From contig JBNKLP010000001.1 of NCBI GenBank assembly GCA_050292425.1, positions 40,075 to 104,074 of the forward strand: a stretch of 64,000 nt of DNA, given 5' to 3'. Below the pieces are notes generated by a model, which did no database searches, was not told where the DNA came from, and saw only the letters and a list, made by a program, of their open reading frames with translations. This document shows, piece after piece, positions 17,318 to 26,865 of the stretch. A program made the position numbers and the translations under genes. Position 1 is the stretch's first letter. Each line of letters opens with the position of its first letter. The stretch is from Candidatus Nanoarchaeia archaeon (GTDB taxonomy: Archaea; Nanobdellota; Nanobdellia; Woesearchaeales; UBA583).

Positions 17318-17811
17318 TTTTTAGCCTCCTTAGACTCAGCTTTTTTCTCCTCGTTTTTAGCAGGAGTAGCCTTTGTCTCTTTCTTTTCAGACTTCTTCTC
17401 TTTCTTAACTTTAGTTAAAGCCTTAAGAGCAGCATCCAAATCCTTAACATTTGAAACTACAATTTTCTTAGCCTTAGCTTCTGTTAAAATAGCCATTTTC
17501 TTTCTTCCACCAACTGTTGATGAAATAACTGCAGCCTGACCCTTTCCAACATTTGCCAAATCAGCAACATTTGAAACGATTACTTCTTCATAACCTGCCT
17601 TGTTAAATCCTCGAACTTCCTTTGGTGAACCATATCCTACTTCTGGCATTGAAGGTTTTCCTTTTCTTCCTCTTCTAACCTTATTACCCATACCTTTAGG
17701 TCTTCTCCACTTAGTCTCTGATAGTTTTGCAAACTGGTGGGATTGAACTCTCTTGTAAGTAGGTTTTCTCTTCTTAACTTCAGTTCTTGTTTTTAATTTA
17801 TCACTAACCAT
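17314..17811 (-). CDS. rpl32e: 50S ribosomal protein L32e
   Basis: WRRPKG..NK.R, P.VGYGSP..VRG motifs. Confidence 0.95.
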   Translation of the reverse strand: MVSDKLKTRTEVKKRKPTYKRVQSHQFAKLSETKWRRPKGMGNKVRRGRKGKPSMPEVGYGSPKEVRGFNKAGYEEVIVSNVADLANVGKGQAAVISSTVGGRKKMAILTEAKAKKIVVSNVKDLDAALKALTKVKKEKKSEKKETKATPAKNEEKKAESKEAKK

Positions 17812-17824
17812 TTTTTAAACCTCA

Positions 17825-18397
17825 TCAAATATAACTCCTATGTGGTTTTTTTGTAATAAAGATACCATCTTGGATAACTCTTCTATCAAGGTGATTAATT
17901 CTAGTCAACTGTTCAAGTGAAGCAGCAACCTGACCAACTCTCTCCTTATCAATACCAGTAACAGTAATATCCTTACCATTCACATTAACTTTAACATCAC
18001 TTGGAATTTCAACAGTTCTTGGAACTTTCTCTCCAAGCAAATTCTTAACTTCAAACTTACTACCTGAAACTCCTGCAGTAATAGGGAATTTTGCATAAAC
18101 TACAACTAGATTATACTCAAATCCTTCTGTAATTCCTGCAACCATGTTCTTAACATGAGCTCTATATGTAAAGATAATCTTTTTCTCTCTTTGAGATAAA
18201 TGTTTAGTTCCTACAACAATTTCTCCTGCTTTAACTTCAATATAAACCCAAGGATACTTAAGCTTCTTTGAAACTTCTCCTTTTGGACCTTTAACTGTTA
18301 AAACACCATCTTCATAAACAGCAGTAACTCCTTCTGTAAAAGGAACACTGATTTCAAGTGTCTTCCACTCTTTCTTAGCCATTTGTGTCTTTGCCAT
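17825..18397 (-). CDS. rpl6: 50S ribosomal protein L6 (uL6)
   Basis: VKGPKG, KN.LGEK.PR, D.RV.QDGI.I motifs. Confidence 0.95.
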   Translation of the reverse strand: MAKTQMAKKEWKTLEISVPFTEGVTAVYEDGVLTVKGPKGEVSKKLKYPWVYIEVKAGEIVVGTKHLSQREKKIIFTYRAHVKNMVAGITEGFEYNLVVVYAKFPITAGVSGSKFEVKNLLGEKVPRTVEIPSDVKVNVNGKDITVTGIDKERVGQVAASLEQLTRINHLDRRVIQDGIFITKKPHRSYI

Positions 18398-18407
18398 TTT
18401 GATACCC

Positions 18408-18797
18408 TTAGTAACAATAAGCTACCAAAACACCTCCAACATTTTTCTCTCTAGCCTCTCTTTGAGTTAAAAGACCCTTATTAGTTGAGATAATCAAAAC
18501 TCCAAAATCCTTAGCAGGAAGGAATCTCTTCTCAAAAGCCTCTAGTTCTTCAATTTTAACTGGATACCTTGGTTTTATAATTCCACATTTATTGATAGTT
18601 CCCAAAAGATTAACATTAATCTTGCCACCTCTTCCATCTTCTACAACTTCGTATGAACCAACATATCCTTCATTCTTAAGCACTTCCAAAACAGAAACCA
18701 TAAGCTTGTTTCTTCTTAATATCACAACTTTGTACAAAGCCTTAACAGCATTGTTAATCTTGGACATTGAATCTGCAATTAAATCATTAGATGCCAT
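18408..18797 (-). CDS. rps8: 30S ribosomal protein S8 (uS8)
   Basis: INKCGIIKPR, FLPAKDFG.LI.ST.KG, GG.L.AY motifs. Confidence 0.96.
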   Translation of the reverse strand: MASNDLIADSMSKINNAVKALYKVVILRRNKLMVSVLEVLKNEGYVGSYEVVEDGRGGKINVNLLGTINKCGIIKPRYPVKIEELEAFEKRFLPAKDFGVLIISTNKGLLTQREAREKNVGGVLVAYCY

Positions 18798-18798
18798 T

Positions 18799-19029
18799 TT
18801 AATTTAATTTCTTAAACCCCAACTTGTTTGCATTAAGCCTGAAACATCTTCTACAGATATTTAAACCATATTTACTAATATGTCCTCTAGTAGTACCACA
18901 AAACTCACACTTAGTAATACCCTTTCCAAACTTTCTCTCATTAGGAGCATTATGCTTTTGGTACTTACCCCACTTAGCAGGCTTTGCTTCTAACTGATTG
19001 TATGCTTTACTATAATCTTTACTTGTCAT
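18799..19029 (-). CDS. rps14: 30S ribosomal protein S14 (uS14)
   Basis: CxxC...KYGLNICRRCFR zinc finger. Confidence 0.94.
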   Translation of the reverse strand: MTSKDYSKAYNQLEAKPAKWGKYQKHNAPNERKFGKGITKCEFCGTTRGHISKYGLNICRRCFRLNANKLGFKKLN

Positions 19030-19031
19030 TT

Positions 19032-19577
19032 TTAATTGAATTTAACTCCAAAATCTTTTGTTAGTAGTTCTACAACCTCTTCCTTTCTAACCTTATGTCT
19101 TGCAGGAATTTTTGCACTTAGCAATCTTCTTGACTTAATTCTAAATCCAGCTCTTGCAAAAGTAGCCATAACTTCGAAACCCATAATTCCGATATCTGCA
19201 TCATACTTAATACCATTAAGCTCCAAGTACTCCTGAAACCCAACTGAAAAATTTCCATGTGTATCAAGAGATGTTGACTTAACATGCTTTCCTTTTGAAT
19301 CTAGTATCCACTTAAGGAATTTAGCAGCATCCTCTCCTCTCAAAGTTACCTTGTAACCAATAGGAAGACCAGGTCTAATCTGCCATGTTGCAAGTCTCTT
19401 TCTTGCACAGTTCTTAACAGGAGTCTTGTCTGTAAGCTTTCTAAGAAGCTTTTCAGCCTTAACCATACCCTGCTTATCATTTCCAGCACAGATGTTAACT
19501 GTAACTTTTTCCAAGAAAACTGATTTCATTGGATTTGCAGTCTTTGCTTTTGTTTTTGCTTCAGCCATTTTACTCAA
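19032..19577 (-). CDS. rpl5: 50S ribosomal protein L5 (uL5)
   Basis: NPM....EKVTVN, IG.KVTLRG, GNFS.G..EY, YD..IGI.G motifs. Confidence 0.95.
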   Translation of the reverse strand: MSKMAEAKTKAKTANPMKSVFLEKVTVNICAGNDKQGMVKAEKLLRKLTDKTPVKNCARKRLATWQIRPGLPIGYKVTLRGEDAAKFLKWILDSKGKHVKSTSLDTHGNFSVGFQEYLELNGIKYDADIGIMGFEVMATFARAGFRIKSRRLLSAKIPARHKVRKEEVVELLTKDFGVKFN

Positions 19578-20283
19578 ACCTCTTCAAATCTTCTTTCTTA
19601 GCTCCAACCACATAACAATAATCCTTTGCTGTATTGTGTTCAACTTTTCCAATCGTAATTTGTGCAACGTCTCTAGTAACACCACTATAGTGTGTAAAAG
19701 ACTTAATTTCTCCTAATTTACCTTTAAACTTACCGTCAAAAACATAAACCTGAGCTCCTTCCTTCAAATTAAGAACTTTCTCAACTTTCTTCTTTGCTGT
19801 ATCAAAAACAACTGTATCAGCAACCTTTACTGACTTTGCAGTCTTCTCATCAACAATCAAATTGAATCCATTCATAAAGTTAAGCTGGAACTTCTTTGCT
19901 CCCAAAGTAACCTTACCTGAAACCTTCAAGTAAATTAAATCATCCTTAACAGGAACTAGTTTTACTTTTCCAAGCTCATCAAAAAGAATAGTAAACTTCT
20001 GACTTGTAGACTTGATTGCAACAACATCAAACATACCAATTGGTGCTTTAATGTCCTTTACAACCTTTGAATTTACTGAAACTTCTTCATTATGAGCGAT
20101 AAATTTAGCTTCTTTAGCTGTAGTTGCAACTCCCATAACCTCTCTAAGCAGAACTACTAATGAAACAACATACTTTCTATTCATTGAACCTGGATTTGGC
20201 TTTGCAATAAATGTAGCTGCCTTTCTTGAAATGTTCCAACTTGTTGGCATTGAAGTTCTCTTAAGATGTCTACTGTTTACCAT
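19570..20283 (-). CDS. rps4e: 30S ribosomal protein S4e
   Basis: HLKR...P.SW.I.RK N-terminus; cluster position. Confidence 0.93.
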   Translation of the reverse strand: MVNSRHLKRTSMPTSWNISRKAATFIAKPNPGSMNRKYVVSLVVLLREVMGVATTAKEAKFIAHNEEVSVNSKVVKDIKAPIGMFDVVAIKSTSQKFTILFDELGKVKLVPVKDDLIYLKVSGKVTLGAKKFQLNFMNGFNLIVDEKTAKSVKVADTVVFDTAKKKVEKVLNLKEGAQVYVFDGKFKGKLGEIKSFTHYSGVTRDVAQITIGKVEHNTAKDYCYVVGAKKEDLKRFE

Positions 20284-20671
20284 TTTCTTTCTTTAACCTC
20301 TCTAACTTTTCAACTCTTCTCTTATCACTCATATCAAGCTTTGCAATCTGCAAATTTGAAGGATGGATAGGATACAAAGCCTCAGTTCCATCAGTTCTAG
20401 TAACACTAGCTCCCTCTACGTGAACCTTAAGTGTTGCAAGTGATACCTTAGTAACCTTACCAGTTTTACCTTTGAACTGTCCTGCCATTACTTTAACTGA
20501 ATCTCCAACTCTAACTGGAACAGATCTAACTCCATACTCTTTTCTAAGCTCCTTTGACAAGGATGCTGACATAAACTTGTGTCTGATGTGAAGTGGCGCG
20601 TTAAAAGCGTACTTTCTTTGTTTTCTAGGCTGGCTAGATGAATTCCAAAATTTTGACCATTTATTCTCCAT
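20270..20671 (-). CDS. rpl24: 50S ribosomal protein L24 (uL24)
   Basis: S.QPRKQRK..NAPLH, KOW motif GD.V.V..G.FKG, IHPSN. Confidence 0.96.
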   Translation of the reverse strand: MENKWSKFWNSSSQPRKQRKYAFNAPLHIRHKFMSASLSKELRKEYGVRSVPVRVGDSVKVMAGQFKGKTGKVTKVSLATLKVHVEGASVTRTDGTEALYPIHPSNLQIAKLDMSDKRRVEKLERLKKENGKQ

Positions 20672-20684
20672 TCTTCATCAACCT

Positions 20685-21089
20685 CTAAACAATAATATTG
20701 GCAATTCTCGCCACAGCTGGAAATCTTTCTCCAACTTCCTTAGCAATTGCTCCTTTGATAATAGTTCCCTTTGGTGATGCACTCTTCTCATCCTTAAGAA
20801 CTACAGCTCCATTTGATTCAAACTTGATAGTTGTACCATCTGGTCTCTTGAACTCTTGTTTCTGTCTAACAATAACAGCTTTAACAACAGTATGCTTCAT
20901 CTCAGGTTTACCCTTAGTAACATTAGCAGTAATCAAATCGCCAACTCCTCCACACTCAAGCTGCCTCTTAACTGTCTTATATCCCTTAACGGAAATAATC
21001 TTAGCAACTCTTGCTCCGGAATTGTCAACAATATCCACATATGCTCCAATAGGAAGCCCTCTAGATCCGTTTCTTCTAATTGCTTTCAT
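20685..21089 (-). CDS. rpl14: 50S ribosomal protein L14 (uL14)
   Basis: DNSGA, AVIVRQK...RPDG..IKF, PKGT.I.G..AKE motifs. Confidence 0.96.
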   Translation of the reverse strand: MKAIRRNGSRGLPIGAYVDIVDNSGARVAKIISVKGYKTVKRQLECGGVGDLITANVTKGKPEMKHTVVKAVIVRQKQEFKRPDGTTIKFESNGAVVLKDEKSASPKGTIIKGAIAKEVGERFPAVARIANIIV

Positions 21090-21415
21090 TGTTCAATCAC
21101 CTTTAGAACAGCAAAATGCTTAGTTTTTGAAAGTGGTCTAGTCTCACCGATAAGAACCTTGTCACCCTTCTTTGCTTTAACACAATCAGGATTATGAGCA
21201 GCAACCTTTGATTTGGACTTGTAGTACCTTGAATACTTAGTATCCTTAATCATTGATTCCCATTCAACCTTAACAGTTCTATCCATTGAATCAGATGTAA
21301 CAACACCCTCAACAATTTTACCTCTAACTGATAGACTACCATGATATGGACAGTTAACATCCTCACATTCAGTCTTCGGTTTGAATTCGATATTATAACC
21401 TACACTAGATTTCAT
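21086..21415 (-). CDS. rps17: 30S ribosomal protein S17 (uS17)
   Basis: C.D.NCPYHG, GETRPLSKTK motifs. Confidence 0.96.
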   Translation of the reverse strand: MKSSVGYNIEFKPKTECEDVNCPYHGSLSVRGKIVEGVVTSDSMDRTVKVEWESMIKDTKYSRYYKSKSKVAAHNPDCVKAKKGDKVLIGETRPLSKTKHFAVLKVIEQ

Positions 21416-21528
21416 TTTTCGATTATTTTTTTAAGAAGTCTTTCGACTTGTGCACAAATTACGAGCCTTACCAAGTTTTCTGCGATTAACAGATAATTAA
21501 CAAATAGGAAACCGGCACTAACCAGGTC

Positions 21529-21816
21529 TCACCTCAGTTTTTTTATCCTTGATAATACTGTACTTAAAAGTAAGCGTCCATCTATTTTTAAAGGTTTTCC
21601 TTCAACTTCAGCTTTGAGAATAACTTGAGATTTCAAAATTCGCTTTGTTAAGCCTCCTACTTCTAAAAAAAGCAAGTTTGCAGTTTCTTTTACCAAAACT
21701 CCTTTTATTCCAATCAAATTCTTGTTTTTTGCCTCTAAAATCTCGATTTCTTTGCCGATTAAAGACATAAAAATAACTTCGTATTCAAGTTGTTTCTTTG
21801 GTGAAGGCTTAATCAT
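21529..21816 (-). CDS. rnp1: Ribonuclease P protein subunit Rpp29
   Basis: LIG..I.I.....N.IGI.G..V.ET.N pattern; conserved position upstream of uS17. Confidence 0.85.
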   Translation of the reverse strand: MIKPSPKKQLEYEVIFMSLIGKEIEILEAKNKNLIGIKGVLVKETANLLFLEVGGLTKRILKSQVILKAEVEGKPLKIDGRLLLSTVLSRIKKLR

Positions 21817-21859
21817 TAAAAAACTAAAATGAGAATTAATTAAAAACTTAACTAAAAAA

Positions 21860-22858
21860 TTAATTCATAATCCCTCTATTATGCCGAACCATCCTAACCA
21901 TAATAAATGGAAAAATCAAAGTAGTAATCAAAGCCATAATAACTAGTGAAGAATAAAGCCCAGCAGTAATCAATCCTGCCTGAAACGCAATTAATGCAAA
22001 TGCTAGCTCCAAAGCTCCTCTCGAATTCATTCCCCACCCTATCAAATACAATTGTTTAAATGAAAAATTTACATGACTCTTTGAGATAAGAGTTCCTACA
22101 ATCTTTCCAACAATTGCTAAAGCAATTACCAAAAACAACACAAATGAAAGCCCATGAAGACTAAACAAATCAAAATGCATTCCCATTGTCACAAAAAAGA
22201 AGGGTACTAAAAACACATTCATAAAAACCTCAGTTTTTTTGACCATATGATGCTTCCTGAAATACTTCTGAGCAAAAATACCAATAGCAAAAGACACTAG
22301 CACTCCTGCCAAAACTAAATGCTCCTCAAAACTTGCAACTCCCAAAAAGAAAATCACAAAAGAGAACATCAAAAGCCCAAAAACATCATCTATAATTCCT
22401 GCTCCAATCATTGCAGAACCCACCCTGCTCTTCAGTTTTCCAATCTCTAAAAGAACTTTGGCCTTAGTTGCCTCAGCAGTAATACTCATGCACACTCCAA
22501 CTACAAACGAAGTAATAAGTGAATAACCAATCAAAACAAAAACTGCAAACCCCAAGATAAAAGGAACAACAGCTGCAAAAAAAGCCACATAAAACGAATC
22601 CTTCTCTTCCTTCTTAAGATTCTTCCACGAACTCTCAAGCCCTGCCAAAAACATTAAACTAAAAAGTCCAAGATTACCTAAAAAATAAATAAACTCCTCA
22701 TAAGGTCCAAGTAAAAGTTCTTCTATTCCCGGAAAACCAAAACTAAGTCCCATAATTATCAAAACAACAACTGAAGGCACATCAACTATCATCTTGATTA
22801 AATGAACAAACAAAAATGAAATCAAAACTACTGAAAATACCGTAAAAATTACATTCAT
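21860..22858 (-). CDS. Cation:proton antiporter (CPA2/NapA-like)
   Basis: Polytopic; LMFLAGLE, IIDD, PFFF...G, GK..G and G.GM.SRG...L motifs. Confidence 0.88.
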   Translation of the reverse strand: MNVIFTVFSVVLISFLFVHLIKMIVDVPSVVVLIIMGLSFGFPGIEELLLGPYEEFIYFLGNLGLFSLMFLAGLESSWKNLKKEEKDSFYVAFFAAVVPFILGFAVFVLIGYSLITSFVVGVCMSITAEATKAKVLLEIGKLKSRVGSAMIGAGIIDDVFGLLMFSFVIFFLGVASFEEHLVLAGVLVSFAIGIFAQKYFRKHHMVKKTEVFMNVFLVPFFFVTMGMHFDLFSLHGLSFVLFLVIALAIVGKIVGTLISKSHVNFSFKQLYLIGWGMNSRGALELAFALIAFQAGLITAGLYSSLVIMALITTLIFPFIMVRMVRHNRGIMN

Positions 22859-22926
22859 AGATTAAAATTCAAAACATTTATATAAAGAAATTTATACCAA
22901 CTCCTCAATAAAAACTAAAACTAAAA

Positions 22927-23250
22927 TTAAGAAGAGATGTGCATAGACTCTCTATTAAATCCTTGCTCTTCAAGAACATGAACTAAATCCTTAGTCCTAT
23001 CAGTCCTGCCTAAAAGAACTTCAATATCCTTTCCCTTGATAGTTCCACCACATGCCATCTTATTCTTAATGGTCTTAAGAATTTCCTTCAAATCCTTGGC
23101 TTCAACATCAACTCCAGAAACAATAGCCCAGAATTTCCCATATTTCCTTCTCTCTACTTTAATTTGAATTATAGAAGAAGTTTTTTCTACTTCCTGGCAA
23201 ACACAAAGTTCACTAGGAAGTCCGCAAACAGAACATGTATCGTTTAACAT
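22927..23250 (-). CDS. sui1: Translation initiation factor aIF1 (SUI1)
   Basis: C..CGLP.ELCVC N-terminus, RKYGK, K.ACGGT motifs; follows uL29. Confidence 0.92.
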   Translation of the reverse strand: MLNDTCSVCGLPSELCVCQEVEKTSSIIQIKVERRKYGKFWAIVSGVDVEAKDLKEILKTIKNKMACGGTIKGKDIEVLLGRTDRTKDLVHVLEEQGFNRESMHISS

Positions 23251-23261
23251 TTACCTAAAAA

Positions 23262-23447
23262 TTAACTATTCAACCTCGTTTTGATTCTAGCAATATCTCT
23301 CTTAACTACTTTGATTCTTGCCTTCTTCTTCAAACTATCCTCTCCAGCAAGGGAAGCAGAACCAAGATTAAAAAGCTCTTTCTTCAAAGAAGCAAGAAGA
23401 GTTTCTAACTCCTCATCCTTTTTCTTATTCATTTCCAACTTTTTCAT
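23262..23447 (-). CDS. rpl29: 50S ribosomal protein L29 (uL29)
   Basis: LKKEL...I...KR.IARIKT; position after uS3. Confidence 0.9.
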   Translation of the reverse strand: MKKLEMNKKKDEELETLLASLKKELFNLGSASLAGEDSLKKKARIKVVKRDIARIKTRLNS

Positions 23448-24187
23448 TCTTCCTTAGCCTCCACTTTCTTAGCAGTCTTCTTCTCCTCTTTTACAGGAGC
23501 AGCCTCTTTTGCTATCTCTTTAACATCTTCCTCATTTATAACATTATCGGAAGCCTTAGTTTTCTCTTCTGCCTTCGCAGGAGCAGTAGTGTCAATATAC
23601 TCAATTTTATCTGGAAGTGGAGTATTTGGCAGCATAATTGCAACTTTAATACCAACAACACCAGTCTTCAAAGTAACCTTCTCAATGGCCTTGTCAATAA
23701 CAAAATCACTAATGTAACCTGTCTTCTTCAAGTATCCTTTTGTAAATCTCCATGACTTAGCTCTTGATGAAGGAAGCTTACCTGAAATTCTAATTTCACA
23801 ACCCATAGCACCTGCGAATTCCATAATTCCTCTAAGTGCCTTGAAACCTGTCAATTTGAACTTCTGTGAACCAAAATTAGCTAAATCATTAGCAATCATC
23901 TTAGCAACAATAGCAGCTGATAAATATGGTTCCTTAATCTCTCCAATCTTAATTTGAGGATTCTCAAAATTAAATTTGTTTCTTAAAGTCTCAGTCAACT
24001 TCTTAATAGTTGAACCTTCTCTTCCAATAACAAGACCAGGTGTTGAAGTATAAATAGTAATTCTCTCCCCAATAGGATTCTTTTCCAATGTAACTTCCTT
24101 AATAGCTACATCCTTAAGTTCCCCTCTAATGAAATTAGAAAGACCAAACTCCATGAACTTGTCATTCATAATTTTTCTCTCAATCAT
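23444..24187 (-). CDS. rps3: 30S ribosomal protein S3 (uS3)
   Basis: PGLVIGREG KH motif, G.EI.ISGK, G..GIKV.I. Confidence 0.96.
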   Translation of the reverse strand: MIERKIMNDKFMEFGLSNFIRGELKDVAIKEVTLEKNPIGERITIYTSTPGLVIGREGSTIKKLTETLRNKFNFENPQIKIGEIKEPYLSAAIVAKMIANDLANFGSQKFKLTGFKALRGIMEFAGAMGCEIRISGKLPSSRAKSWRFTKGYLKKTGYISDFVIDKAIEKVTLKTGVVGIKVAIMLPNTPLPDKIEYIDTTAPAKAEEKTKASDNVINEEDVKEIAKEAAPVKEEKKTAKKVEAKEE

Positions 24188-24630
24188 TTCTCTTTCACCC
24201 CAACAATAACTTCAACATTAGTTGACTTCATTTTTCTACCTGAGTATCTACCGTAATGGTATCTAGCTCCTCCTTTTCTTGCAGAAAGTGAAAGCAAATA
24301 AAGTTCTCCTGAAATTTCCTGCTCTGATGCATTCTTCTGAGCTGACTTAATCATCTTCAAAAGCTCTTTTGCAACAGTAACTGGGTAACCACCAGTATCA
24401 ATGCCTGCTCCTTTCTTATGTCCCATCTCAGCTCTGTACTTTCTGTATGGTACAACTGCTTTCTGCTCAACAACTGATTCAAGATAAGAAATAACGTTCT
24501 TAACCTTCTTTCCTCTGATTGTTTTTGCAACCTCTACAGTCTTCTTAAGTGAAATTGATAAATTAGAACCACAAGCTCTAGCCATAGTCTGCTTATCAAA
24601 AGCTTCAAATGCATATTTATATTCAGCCAT
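24184..24630 (-). CDS. rpl22: 50S ribosomal protein L22 (uL22)
   Basis: IS.K...E....IRG, VPY....GH.KG, G.YP...A motifs. Confidence 0.94.
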   Translation of the reverse strand: MAEYKYAFEAFDKQTMARACGSNLSISLKKTVEVAKTIRGKKVKNVISYLESVVEQKAVVPYRKYRAEMGHKKGAGIDTGGYPVTVAKELLKMIKSAQKNASEQEISGELYLLSLSARKGGARYHYGRYSGRKMKSTNVEVIVGVKEK

Positions 24631-24632
24631 TT

Positions 24633-25004
24633 TTACTTCCTTACCTCAGTCTTTTTAGCTCCAGCACCTGAATGCTTTGCAATCTTTCTAGTAGGTGCAA
24701 GTTCCCCAAGTCTAACTCCAACCAATTCCTCAGTCAAAACTACCTGAACAAACTCTTTTCCATTGTAGATTCCAATCTTCAAACCTACCATCTCTGGAAG
24801 AACGAACATATCTCTTGCATGAGTCTTAATGTTCTTCTCATTAGCTCTGATTTTCTTAAGCAGCTTATTCTCCTGCTCAGTAAATCCTCTCTTCATTTTC
24901 CTCCTAAGATCACTTGGAAGCAAAACTGCAAGGTCATCCATTGAAAGAGCCTTAAGCTCCTCAATTGTCTTTCCTCTAAATTTGAATATCTTATCATCTG
25001 ACAT
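24633..25004 (-). CDS. rps19: 30S ribosomal protein S19 (uS19)
   Basis: FRGK..EEL, KTH.RDM..LPEMVG, YNGKEF, LGE.A.TR motifs. Confidence 0.96.
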   Translation of the reverse strand: MSDDKIFKFRGKTIEELKALSMDDLAVLLPSDLRRKMKRGFTEQENKLLKKIRANEKNIKTHARDMFVLPEMVGLKIGIYNGKEFVQVVLTEELVGVRLGELAPTRKIAKHSGAGAKKTEVRK

Positions 25005-25006
25005 TT

Positions 25007-25738
25007 TTACTTATTCCTCCCAGTGTGCTTAGGTCTTAGCATACCAACTTTTCTACCTGGTGGCGCATTATGTGGTGCAATTGTAGGTCTTCCCTTTCTA
25101 AGTGACCTTGTTCCACCATGTGGATGATCAACAGTACTCATCGCAACTCCTGATGTTCTTGGATAAAGCTTGTTCTTCTTCTTCATTTCATGGAACTTGT
25201 TACCTGCCTTCAAGAATGGCTTCTCTGTTCTACCTGCTCCACCTATTTCACCAACAAAAGCCCTACATGAATCCTTAAGCATCTTCTCCTTCTTAGAAGG
25301 AAGCATAACCTTAGTCATTCCCTTAACATGTCCAACAACAGTAGCAAAAGCTCCTCCTGCTTTAACAAGTTTACCTGAATCCCCTGGAGTCATCTCTATA
25401 TTATAAATACTTGAACCTTCAGGAATATTCTTTAACATATAAGCATTTCCAACCTCAACAGTTGACTTTTCAACTTTCTCTTCATGATTAATAACTACCT
25501 TCTTACCAATATACGCACCAACATGTGATGGAATTAGTGCCTCTCTACCATTCTCGTACTTCACTTTAAGAAGTGGAGCTGAATGACCTTTAGAGTGAAC
25601 AATATCAACAATAGTACCTTCAACAACCTTACCTTTCTCGTAAGTATTATATGAAGTTTTACCAGCAAATCTAAAAGAATGTGCTCTATACGTTGAAGTT
25701 CCTCTTCCCCTTCTTTGTTGTATAATTCTTTTTCCCAT
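25007..25738 (-). CDS. rpl2: 50S ribosomal protein L2 (uL2)
   Basis: MGKRI.QQRRGRG, KPFLKAG, DHPHGG, APPGRKVG motifs. Confidence 0.97.
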   Translation of the reverse strand: MGKRIIQQRRGRGTSTYRAHSFRFAGKTSYNTYEKGKVVEGTIVDIVHSKGHSAPLLKVKYENGREALIPSHVGAYIGKKVVINHEEKVEKSTVEVGNAYMLKNIPEGSSIYNIEMTPGDSGKLVKAGGAFATVVGHVKGMTKVMLPSKKEKMLKDSCRAFVGEIGGAGRTEKPFLKAGNKFHEMKKKNKLYPRTSGVAMSTVDHPHGGTRSLRKGRPTIAPHNAPPGRKVGMLRPKHTGRNK

Positions 25739-25749
25739 TTTTTCTTTAT

Positions 25750-26058
25750 TTAAACAAGACCAAACTCAGATGCCAAATCAGAAGCAACTCCGTCATCAGC
25801 AAATGTTACAATTGCTCTTTTCTTACCAGTAATTGAATTAACAGTATTAACTGCCTTAACCTTCTTTCCTAGCTCATTTTCAATCAAAAGCTTAACCAAA
25901 GGTTTGCTTGCTGCCTTTGTAACTTCAAAAACAATTTTGTTATCAAACTCAATCAATCTTGTAGTTTTTTCGGACACTACCACCTTCCTGATAACATCAT
26001 AAAACTGTTTTGAAAGCTCTTTCTTGAAAACATCTTCCATTTTCTTATCTTCTGCCAT
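25750..26058 (-). CDS. rpl23: 50S ribosomal protein L23 (uL23)
   Basis: SEK....IE..N..VF.V, G.K.A.V motifs; position. Confidence 0.92.
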   Translation of the reverse strand: MAEDKKMEDVFKKELSKQFYDVIRKVVVSEKTTRLIEFDNKIVFEVTKAASKPLVKLLIENELGKKVKAVNTVNSITGKKRAIVTFADDGVASDLASEFGLV

Positions 26059-26059
26059 T

Positions 26060-26860
26060 TTACTCTAAAACCTCCACAAACTCAGTTGCAGCTGCTTTAG
26101 TAAAAACAACAGCCCTTCCTAGCTTCTCACTCATACCAAAATCAGCAGCCATCAAAAGTTCCGGAGTGATAACATCAAAACCTTTAACATTTCTAACTGC
26201 CTTAAGCATTGGAGCCTCTAGTGATGAAACCACAAACAATGGTCCTCTCTTGGACTTGTAAGTTCTACCTCTCATAGTTCCTTTTCCTGCTCTGATACTT
26301 CTACCTGCAGTTCTTGAAACCTCATCAGCAAAACCAATCTTTTCTAAAACATCTCTAAAATCTTTAGTCTTTGCAATTTTTTCAACACTATCATCAAGTA
26401 CAAAAGGATAACTCTCAGGCACTTTCTGTCCATTAGCAACAACCAAATTCTTATCCAGTGATGCAACAAAACCAGATCTAAGTGCTTTAAGCCACTCCTT
26501 GTTATTCATATCTTTCATAACAATCTTTTCAGCCTTAGGAGGGTGAGCCCTTCTACCTCCCACAGTCTGTGAAGCAAAAGCACCAACATATCTAAACTGA
26601 GTTCCTCTTGACCACATTACTTTTCTAGGAGTTCTTGAACCACCCCTACCATAAGTAGATCTAAGTTTCTTTCTTCTCTTTGAAAGATGAATTGCATGCT
26701 TCTTACCAGCCATAGGATCTGCACCTTGAGTCTGTCTAAAAAGACTATTCTCAGCAATAATTGCCTTCTTGAAAATATCCTCCCTTACATCCTCAACAAC
26801 ATTAAGGTCAAAATCTCCAACCTTTTTTCCTGTTTTATCTAATACATTTAACTTAACCAT
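26060..26860 (-). CDS. rpl4: 50S ribosomal protein L4 (uL4)
   Basis: GGRRAHPPK, RAGKG.MRGR.Y motifs. Confidence 0.96.
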   Translation of the reverse strand: MVKLNVLDKTGKKVGDFDLNVVEDVREDIFKKAIIAENSLFRQTQGADPMAGKKHAIHLSKRRKKLRSTYGRGGSRTPRKVMWSRGTQFRYVGAFASQTVGGRRAHPPKAEKIVMKDMNNKEWLKALRSGFVASLDKNLVVANGQKVPESYPFVLDDSVEKIAKTKDFRDVLEKIGFADEVSRTAGRSIRAGKGTMRGRTYKSKRGPLFVVSSLEAPMLKAVRNVKGFDVITPELLMAADFGMSEKLGRAVVFTKAAATEFVEVLE

Positions 26861-26865
26861 TTTTC

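Noticed and set aside
21416..21528. RNase P RNA next to rnp1
   Set aside because: Too short and lacks the conserved GAGGAAAGUCC and terminal P4-forming motifs; kept only as a leader candidate.
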